IMG/VR virus record: IMGVR_UViG_3300045988_123119
DNA from: a virus
Strand: one strand, 5' to 3'
DNA length: 31,911 bases
Shown here one piece after another: positions 22,835 to 29,849 of this stretch; position 1 is the stretch's first letter; every line of letters begins with the position of its first letter. The notes below the pieces were generated by a model, which was given only the letters and a program-made list of their open reading frames with translations, was not told the origin of the DNA and searched no databases. The translations under genes and the position numbers were made by a program.

Positions 22835-24264
22835 CGAACGATAACCCTACGCTTTATCAAGTTGACCCGTCAATGATGAATCTGACGGGCGAGGAGGTAA
22901 GCGTATTCAACGCCCTTTTGGCTGAATGGCAGAGCCATATAGGCTCGAACATTCGCAATGAAGCCTATTACAAAGGCAAGGTGAAGCCGGTTACGACAGA
23001 CACGTCCATGCCAAAAGACCTGGTTAACCTAAACATTGTTATGGGCTGGGGCGGAAAATGCGTCGACGTTCTCGCTAATCGCTCCGTTCTCGCCGGATTC
23101 GATGGCGAAAACGCCGACGCGATGGCGGATATCGTGACGCTTGACAGCCTTGTCGAGATTTACGAGCAGGCGGTAACGTCTGAGCTTACGGATTCGTGCG
23201 CGTTCCTGACCGTCTCTAAGGGCCTTGCAGGTGAACCGGATGTGATCGTGTCGGCGCACTCCGCGCTCGACGCGGCGGCTATCTGGGACGAGCGCAAGAA
23301 GCGAATCAAGGCGGGTATCTGCGTCGTTGATATCGACGTTGATTCGAGCGGGCTGCGCGTGCCTACGTGGGTAAACATGTACACTGACGAATACACGTAT
23401 TCGTGCCGTAAGGTTGACGATTCCTGGATTGCCGAGAAAGTGGCAAACCCGTTTGGCCGCCCGCTCATGGAGCCCTTGCGATACCGTCCGTCTTTGACGC
23501 GCCCGTTTGGCAAGTCGCGCATTAACCGCACCGTTCGCAGCCTGATTGACCGCGCGCTGTGCGTTGGCGCTCGAACTGAAATCGCAGCTACATTCTATAC
23601 GTGGCCGCAACGCTACCTGTTAGGCGTTGACAAGAAGACCGCCGAGAGCATGAGTAAGCGCAAGGTTGAAATGTACGCTGATTCGATGCTGCTTGTCACG
23701 CCGAATAAAAACGGCGATGTCCCGCAGCTCGGGCAGCTATCGCAGATGACCATGCAGCCTCATATTGACCACTTGGAGATGCTTGGCAAGCAGTTTGCGA
23801 GCGAGGCGTGCATACCGCTGGATGAGGTGGGAATCGTCTTCGATAACCCCACATCCTCCGAAGCTATGTTTGCGGCGCAGCAGCGCCTTATCGTCGAGGC
23901 GGAGCACGTCAATCGCATGAACGGAATCGCGCTCGGCAACATCGCGCGAATGGCGCTAGGTGCCGTCGATGCTGCGGATTTCGCCACGGCAGACATCACG
24001 CCGCGTTTCGCCGATGTGTTGCGCCCGTCCAAGGCGGCAAACGCAGATTTCGCTATCAAGGTCAATTCCGCAGTTCCGGCCTATTCAGGCACACGCCAAT
24101 TTTGGAGAGACCTGGGCTATTCCGAATCCAGCATCGATTCGATTCTGCGCGACGTGCGATATACGCAAATCGTGCAGGCGGCGGCGCAGGCATCTGCTCA
24201 GGTTTCACAACAGCAGGCTACACCGCAGGCAGAAGGCATAAGCAATGCAGATACCAGCGAGTAG
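22831..24264 (+). CDS. Portal protein (SPP1 Gp6-like)
   Basis: ATGA overlap with the terL stop. The 477-aa size and position support the call. Confidence 0.8.
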   Translation: MTNDNPTLYQVDPSMMNLTGEEVSVFNALLAEWQSHIGSNIRNEAYYKGKVKPVTTDTSMPKDLVNLNIVMGWGGKCVDVLANRSVLAGFDGENADAMADIVTLDSLVEIYEQAVTSELTDSCAFLTVSKGLAGEPDVIVSAHSALDAAAIWDERKKRIKAGICVVDIDVDSSGLRVPTWVNMYTDEYTYSCRKVDDSWIAEKVANPFGRPLMEPLRYRPSLTRPFGKSRINRTVRSLIDRALCVGARTEIAATFYTWPQRYLLGVDKKTAESMSKRKVEMYADSMLLVTPNKNGDVPQLGQLSQMTMQPHIDHLEMLGKQFASEACIPLDEVGIVFDNPTSSEAMFAAQQRLIVEAEHVNRMNGIALGNIARMALGAVDAADFATADITPRFADVLRPSKAANADFAIKVNSAVPAYSGTRQFWRDLGYSESSIDSILRDVRYTQIVQAAAQASAQVSQQQATPQAEGISNADTSE

Positions 24265-25405
24265 GCTCGAAGCCTATACGCAAGCGCTCAACGCGCAGCA
24301 AAGGGCCGCGTTCAACTTCATGCAAACGTCTCTGCGCACCTTTTACGAGCTGAACGGCGGCTCTATCGATGATGAGACCATGCGCGAGTTCGCGTTGGAG
24401 ACGTTCATCACGTGCCGTAGGGAGTTCGGTGACGCGGCGGCTTCAATCGCGTGCTCCGCCTACGATGTGACGATGGATGAGCTTGGCATCGATACCAGAC
24501 CGGCGCAAATCCATAACCCGGTGAGCGTGCCCAAGGCGCAAGCGACCGTCAATTATTTCGTGCATAACGTCACGCCGGATAACTTCAATGCCTTTGCTCA
24601 GGCTATGGCAGAGCGTGCCTATAACGACGTTGGACGCGCGGCGAACAACACGACGATCAAAAACGCAGAGCGCGACTATTCAAATGGCGCACGGTACGCC
24701 CGAGTGCCCACGGGCAAAGAGACATGCGGCTTCTGCGTCATGCTCGCGTCTCGCGGGTTCGATTACAAGAGCCGTAAATCGGCGGGTGATATGGGGTTCG
24801 GTTTCAACCGATTCCACGACCGCTGCGATTGCCGCGTTGTCGCGGGCGATGAGACCACAGAGGTGGAGGGTTATGACCCTGATTGGCTCTATTCCGTATA
24901 CTTGGACGCGCGAAAAGCGGTAGACCCTGAGCAAATTCGCAAGGACATGCGCGGGGAACATGCGGACGTTATCAACAAGCGAATCACGAACTTGATTTGC
25001 AACGAAATCAACAAGCGCGCTAAGGCATGGAGCTGGGATAACAAAGCCCCAGCTTATGAAGACAACGAATATTCGCCCGTCACATCGCAGCTCGCGGCGC
25101 ATGGGTTCGCCACGTCCACGACCACCAAGCCGGGCGCGCCCGTGCGCATGAACGGCCTCTTGTGGGGTGTTGACGATATCTCAGGCGGCGGAAACGTCGG
25201 CGAAAGCATTTCATCCATGCGGCAAGCCCGCGTCGATGGAGGAACCGCCACGGCGGGCCATTACGCAATGCTTGTGGATGATATAGACCAGGCGCGAAAA
25301 GACGCGCTAGAAGCCCTCGCCCCAGGTGAGACGGCGATTCTAATCGACCCTAACCGCATCGATAAGGAAACCGGTCTAACGCCAATGCGAAGGGTTACAC
25401 GCTGA
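24245..25405 (+). CDS. MuF/SPP1 gp7-like head morphogenesis protein with a C-terminal extension of about 180 aa
   Basis: The motifs TCGFCVMLASRGFDY and FHDRCDCRVV resemble the Phage_Mu_F signature. The gene follows the portal gene. Confidence 0.7.
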   Translation: MQIPASRLEAYTQALNAQQRAAFNFMQTSLRTFYELNGGSIDDETMREFALETFITCRREFGDAAASIACSAYDVTMDELGIDTRPAQIHNPVSVPKAQATVNYFVHNVTPDNFNAFAQAMAERAYNDVGRAANNTTIKNAERDYSNGARYARVPTGKETCGFCVMLASRGFDYKSRKSAGDMGFGFNRFHDRCDCRVVAGDETTEVEGYDPDWLYSVYLDARKAVDPEQIRKDMRGEHADVINKRITNLICNEINKRAKAWSWDNKAPAYEDNEYSPVTSQLAAHGFATSTTTKPGAPVRMNGLLWGVDDISGGGNVGESISSMRQARVDGGTATAGHYAMLVDDIDQARKDALEALAPGETAILIDPNRIDKETGLTPMRRVTR

Positions 25406-25410
25406 TTAAG

Positions 25411-25432
25411 GCCGCTTTCGAGCGGCTTTTTT
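25411..25432 (+). terminator. Rho-independent terminator between the MuF-like and scaffold genes
   Basis: GCCGCT-TTCG-AGCGGC is followed by TTTTTT. Confidence 0.7.
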
Positions 25433-25504
25433 CATATCTATCCGTATCCCGCAGCCGAACGGCAGCGGGGGACAGCGCCGAATGGCGCGGTAAGGAGGTT
25501 CGTC

Positions 25505-26002
25505 ATGGCAGACGACCAGAACCAGACCGACACGCAGCAGGTTGAACAGAACGGCGACACCGCTCATGTCGATTGGGAGGCAAAGTACAACGAGATGAAG
25601 CAGCATTCCCGAGAATGGGAGCGCAAGGCTAAGGCGAACAAGGACGCAGCCGACGAGCTCGCCGCGCTCAAAGAGGCTCAGATGAGCGAGCAGGAGAAGC
25701 TCAAGAAGCAACTTGCGAACGCTACGGCACGCGCCGACGCGCTTCAGGCCGAGAAGGACAAGAAGCAGTGGGCTAGCGAGGTATCTACCGAAACGGGAGT
25801 GCCGTCCGACCTGCTCGAACTCATCTCGGCATCAGACCGTGACGACCTCATGTCCAAGGCCGAGAAGCTAGTAGACAAGTACTCGACCAAGGAACAGGCC
25901 ACCGTGCCCGTGGTGCTGGGCGACGGCAAGCACGCAGAAATCAAGCAAACGGGCAGCGCGAAGAACGATTTCGCGCAATTCATGAAGAACGCCTTTAACT
26001 AG
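25505..26002 (+). CDS. Capsid scaffolding protein
   Basis: TAAGGAGG RBS is present. The product is acidic and coiled-coil-rich. The gene is immediately upstream of the major capsid gene. Confidence 0.75.
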   Translation: MADDQNQTDTQQVEQNGDTAHVDWEAKYNEMKQHSREWERKAKANKDAADELAALKEAQMSEQEKLKKQLANATARADALQAEKDKKQWASEVSTETGVPSDLLELISASDRDDLMSKAEKLVDKYSTKEQATVPVVLGDGKHAEIKQTGSAKNDFAQFMKNAFN

Positions 26003-26018
26003 ACAAGGAGAAAAAAAC

Positions 26019-26909
26019 ATGGCTGAAGGCATCAACAAGACCTCTATCACTCTTCCCTCTTCCGTCTCTTCCGAGATTTGGGCAAAGACGCTCGAAAGCT
26101 CCGTAATCATGCAGCTCGCTCAGCGTATCGACCTCCCCGGCAACGGCCTTACCATCCCGGTTATCACCGGTGAGCCTGCCGCCGATTGGGTCACCGAGAC
26201 CGAGGACAAGCCCGTATCTCAGCACACCCTCTCCACCAAGGAGATGAAGGGCTACACCCTGGCTATCATCGAGCCGTTCTCTAACCAGTTCCGAGACAAC
26301 ACCGAGGCGCTTTACAACGAGCTTGTCTCCCGCCTGCCGTTCGCTATCGCAAAGAAGTTCGACGAGACCGTCATGTTTGGCACCGCCCCCGGTACCGGCT
26401 TCGACACCCTCAAGGACGTGACCAACGCCGTAGACGCATCCACCAAGACCTATGACGCATTCGTCGATGCGATCGGCAAGGTTGCCGAGAACGACAGCGA
26501 CCTCAACGCCTTCGTCCTCTCCCCGCAGGCAAAGACCCTGCTTCTGAAGACCAAGGACACCACTAACCGCCCGCTGTTCATCAACAACGTTCAGACGGAC
26601 GGCGCCGTGGGCCACGTGCTTTCCGTCCCCACCTACTTCACCAAGTCCGCGCACAAGGCAGCCGTTTCTTCCGGCAATAAGGCGGTTGAGGTTCTTGGTT
26701 TCGGCGGCGATTGGAGCGCAGCCCGTTACGGCGTGGTCAAGGACGTTAATATCTCCATCTCTGACCAGGCCACCCTTACCAGCGGTCCTAAGACGCTCAA
26801 CCTGTGGCAGCGCAACATGTTCGCAGTCCGCTGCGAGTTCGAGGTTGGCTTCGTTATCCGCGACGTTAATGACTTCGTGCGCATCGACAACGGCACCGCT
26901 TCTGCCTAG
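26019..26909 (+). CDS. Major capsid protein (HK97 fold family)
   Basis: AAGGAG RBS is present. The 296-aa size, the position after the scaffold gene and the composition are typical of HK97-family major capsid proteins. Confidence 0.85.
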   Translation: MAEGINKTSITLPSSVSSEIWAKTLESSVIMQLAQRIDLPGNGLTIPVITGEPAADWVTETEDKPVSQHTLSTKEMKGYTLAIIEPFSNQFRDNTEALYNELVSRLPFAIAKKFDETVMFGTAPGTGFDTLKDVTNAVDASTKTYDAFVDAIGKVAENDSDLNAFVLSPQAKTLLLKTKDTTNRPLFINNVQTDGAVGHVLSVPTYFTKSAHKAAVSSGNKAVEVLGFGGDWSAARYGVVKDVNISISDQATLTSGPKTLNLWQRNMFAVRCEFEVGFVIRDVNDFVRIDNGTASA

Positions 26910-26921
26910 GAGTGATTCACT

Positions 26922-27308
26922 ATGGCTATCAAGGCATTTGCTACACCCGAGGAATACACGGCGGCATATGGCGCGGTAGCCGACGAGAAGCGGCTCGAAG
27001 CGCTGTTGCTTCGCGCAACGGGCTACCTTCTCGGCAAGATGGACGGGTATACGGCGGGTGTGGACGAGGTGCTAGACCTCAACGCCTCCACGGTGTGCAT
27101 GGCAATGGTCAATCGCGCGCTCTCCACGCCTGCCGGGCTTTCCGGCGTATCGCAGTATTCGCAGACAGCGGGCGGTTACACGGCTTCCGTCTCGCTGCTC
27201 GACCAGTACATGCGCCCCCTTCCATCTGAGCTTGATTTGCTCGGGCTTTCTTCCGGCGCGGTTCTCTCATGCCGGATGATGGCGGGTGAGCGCAATGAAT
27301 CTGATTAG
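26922..27308 (+). CDS. Head-tail connector (gp6-like adaptor)
   Basis: It is the first gene after the major capsid gene. The 128-aa size and helical N-terminus with an LLL.A...L pattern support the call. Confidence 0.6.
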   Translation: MAIKAFATPEEYTAAYGAVADEKRLEALLLRATGYLLGKMDGYTAGVDEVLDLNASTVCMAMVNRALSTPAGLSGVSQYSQTAGGYTASVSLLDQYMRPLPSELDLLGLSSGAVLSCRMMAGERNESD

Positions 27309-27636
27309 CGGCGTTGCTGTTGAGGTCTTGCGGCGAACTGCCGCTAGTAAGGATTCGCACGGTAACGCTGTGCCTGGCAGATGGATGGCTGAAACCGTCG
27401 AAAACGTCTTGCCGCAGCCCGGCTCGACGAGCGACCTCGAAGCTTCTAGGCCGGACGGCGTAAAGGTTGCGATGACCTTCCATTTTCCGAAAACATACGA
27501 GCAGGCTTTGCGCGGTTGCAGGGTCAAATACCTAGGAGCCGAGTATGCGGTTATCGGAGACCCGCAACCGTACCTAAACGCAAATTGCCCGGGCGATTGG
27601 AATCGCACGGTTGAATGCGAGGTGTGCAATGGGTAG
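27295..27636 (+). CDS. Head closure protein
   Basis: The call is based on position. The ATG at 27295 has GGGTGAG 5 nt upstream. Confidence 0.5.
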   Translation: MNLISGVAVEVLRRTAASKDSHGNAVPGRWMAETVENVLPQPGSTSDLEASRPDGVKVAMTFHFPKTYEQALRGCRVKYLGAEYAVIGDPQPYLNANCPGDWNRTVECEVCNG

Positions 27637-27922
27637 CGGATTCACGTTGAAGATGAAGCTAAAAGGCCGCGTGAAGCACGTAGACAGTGGCGTTGTCTCC
27701 ATCACGAAGAGCGACGGCGTTACTGGGATGCTCTACAAGCAGGGCGCTGGGTGTGCTGCGCGCTGCAATTCTCTGGCAAGCCTTCCGCGCGGGCACCCCG
27801 AATACGACGTGCAGGTAAAGCCGTTGAGTTGGTGCAACGGCGTTCGCGTCGGCGTTGCCAATGCTGACGCTTATATCGACAACCTGCGCAACAACACGCT
27901 TAAGAAAGGTTGTGGCATCTGA
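27629..27922 (+). CDS. Neck/tail-attachment protein (HK97 gp10-like by position)
   Basis: The ATG at 27629 has GAGGTG upstream and overlaps the previous stop. Confidence 0.4.
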   Translation: MGSGFTLKMKLKGRVKHVDSGVVSITKSDGVTGMLYKQGAGCAARCNSLASLPRGHPEYDVQVKPLSWCNGVRVGVANADAYIDNLRNNTLKKGCGI

Positions 27923-28269
27923 TGTTCGACGTTATCGCCGCAACCTGCGCGGCGCTCGAAAAGGGTCTGGGCGTTCCGTCCAGCTCTATTGTCCCAGCAG
28001 ACCGACCGCAGCGCTTCACGACGGTTGAGCGCACGGGCGGCGGCTACTCGCTTTGCCGCGACGTGCCCAACCTCGCCGTGCAGTGCTGGGCGGAAAGCGA
28101 GGCGGAGGCATACACCCTCGCACTCATGGCGCGCGAGGTGCTGACCAACATGCGCGAGACCTGCCCGAACGTCTGCTCAAGCTCCGTGGGCGGTATTTAC
28201 AGCTTCCCGGACCCCGATAGCAGGTGCTACCGTTATCAACTCGATTTCATGGCCGTTACGAGATCGTAG
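27922..28269 (+). CDS. Tail terminator / tail completion protein
   Basis: ATG/TGA overlap at 27920-27924. It is the last gene before the major tail gene. Confidence 0.45.
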   Translation: MFDVIAATCAALEKGLGVPSSSIVPADRPQRFTTVERTGGGYSLCRDVPNLAVQCWAESEAEAYTLALMAREVLTNMRETCPNVCSSSVGGIYSFPDPDSRCYRYQLDFMAVTRS

Positions 28270-28299
28270 CGGTTTTCTTTTTTAGAAAGGATTAGCAAA

Positions 28300-28908
28300 A
28301 TGGCTGAAAACATGCTTGACTCTTCTAACGTCGGTATCGCCAAGGGCCGTGAGGGCGGTTATGCTTGCGTTGCTCCCGCCGGAACTGACCCCACTGCTTT
28401 TATCGATATGAAAAAGACCCTTGCAGATTTCTGCAAGGAATCTGGCGCCGTGCTCAAATCCCTTGGTTACATCTCCGAGGATGGCGTTACCATTACGACC
28501 GATACCGACACCGACGATAAGACCGATTGGAGCGGCGTGACCATCGTCTCGCCCATGACCTCTTATTCCGAGGGCGTTGAGGTGACTTTCCTTGAGGCAC
28601 GCGACACCGTGCTCAAGACCGTTTACGGTGACGCTAACGTCACTAATGACAGCGAGGGAACCACGACCGTGCGCCATAACAAGAACTTCACCGGCGCCCA
28701 CCTCTTCATCTTCGATGCTGTCGTATCCGACACAAAGGTTAAGCGCGTCGTTATCCCCAACGGCGTTATCACTGAGCGCGACGATCAGGAAATGAATAAC
28801 TCCGACCTCGCCGGATACACGCCCACCATCAAGTGCCTGCCGTCCGATTTCTTCGATGGCGACTGCATGCGTGAGTACATCTACGACACGACCACTGTTG
28901 CCGCCTAG
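28300..28908 (+). CDS. Major tail protein
   Basis: AGAAAGGA RBS is present. The 202-aa size and the position upstream of the G/GT chaperone genes and the tape measure gene support the call. Confidence 0.8.
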   Translation: MAENMLDSSNVGIAKGREGGYACVAPAGTDPTAFIDMKKTLADFCKESGAVLKSLGYISEDGVTITTDTDTDDKTDWSGVTIVSPMTSYSEGVEVTFLEARDTVLKTVYGDANVTNDSEGTTTVRHNKNFTGAHLFIFDAVVSDTKVKRVVIPNGVITERDDQEMNNSDLAGYTPTIKCLPSDFFDGDCMREYIYDTTTVAA

Positions 28909-29012
28909 GCTGTAACTACCGCTTTCCGCATGGAGGGCGGCAACGGCGGCTTTGGTAGTAGGCGCTAAAGCCGTCCTTACCGTCCTCCGTGGGCCTACCG
29001 AAAGGATTGAAA

Positions 29013-29429
29013 ATGAATATCGAGGATATGACCCCTGAGCAGCTCCGCGAGTACGCCACCGAAAAGGAAATGCAGCGCGAGACCATTACGGCGCGTTACA
29101 TGGACCGTGAGCCTAGGTTAAGCGTCGTCCCTGACGATAAGCAGCCATATGAGAACGATATCGAGTTTGAGGGCGAGACGTACCGAATCGATATGCGCCG
29201 AATCAAATCCCGCGAGTTCATCCGCATGTTCGCGAAGTTCCAGGATTACGAGCGCACGGACGAGGACGCTCCGATTTCGTGCGCCCTGGCGCTCTATGAC
29301 TTCGTGTTCGGCGGCAAGGTGGATGACAAGGTGTGCGAAGTCGTTAAGGCCAAGATGGGTTATGAGGACTTCGAAGAGATTATGCGCATCGAAAACGAGC
29401 TGTTCAACCACCTCGAAGTAAAAAACTAG
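29013..29429 (+). CDS. Tail assembly chaperone (gpG-like)
   Basis: The product is acidic. The gene lies between the major tail and tape measure genes and ends just after a slippery heptamer. Confidence 0.8.
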   Translation: MNIEDMTPEQLREYATEKEMQRETITARYMDREPRLSVVPDDKQPYENDIEFEGETYRIDMRRIKSREFIRMFAKFQDYERTDEDAPISCALALYDFVFGGKVDDKVCEVVKAKMGYEDFEEIMRIENELFNHLEVKN

Positions 29430-29839
29430 CGGCGCTCGCCCCGATTCTTCTTGATTATCGGGACGAGCTCACCGCAGATTTCCAGCAGTATTACCAGCTG
29501 GATTTAAACGCGATGATGGATGCTGGGCGCTTCGCGGCAATTGCGACTTTTACCGCGCAGCTCCCGGCGCAATCGCGCACCTTTATACGCCTACACCCAG
29601 AGCTGGAATGGGATGAGAGCACCTACCTGCTTGCACTCATCGTAGACCAGCTAGCAAACATCTCCTATGGCCTGGGCGGCGGCAAGGGCAAGAAGCCGAA
29701 GCCGATTCCTAGACCGAAGGCGAAGAAGAAGAAAAAGAAGAAAACCCATCTCAACGTGGATAAGGCGAGAATCGACGCGCTTCTATTCGGCGCTCGCTCC
29801 CCATCCATTGCAAAAGAGGTGGGTGAGGAAGGCGAATAG
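29013..29839 (+). CDS. Tail assembly chaperone G-T fusion made by a -1 programmed frameshift at 29420-29426
   Basis: The -1 frame is open from before 29402 through 29839. It reads ...KKLAALAPILLDYRDELTADFQQYYQLDL..., continuous with track ORF 29513..29839. Confidence 0.75.
29420..29426 (+). promoter_or_regulatory. -1 ribosomal frameshift slippery heptamer A_AAA_AAC
   Basis: It fits the X_XXY_YYZ pattern in the zero frame (GTA AAA AAC TAG), immediately before the gpG stop. Confidence 0.75.
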
Positions 29840-29849
29840 GGGTGATTAA

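Noticed and set aside
28909-29012. Nested short inverted repeats (CTACC...GGTAG, TAGGC...GCCTA) after the major tail gene as a terminator
   Set aside because: The stems are short (5 bp), have long loops, and are not followed by a T-run. They may be an RNA structure that tunes major tail protein to chaperone ratios, but the evidence is weak.
29717-29746. The AAG/AAA-rich run encoding KKKKKKK in the G-T extension as a second slippery site
   Set aside because: There is no open alternative frame of meaningful length downstream. The run simply encodes a lysine tract close to the end of the T extension.
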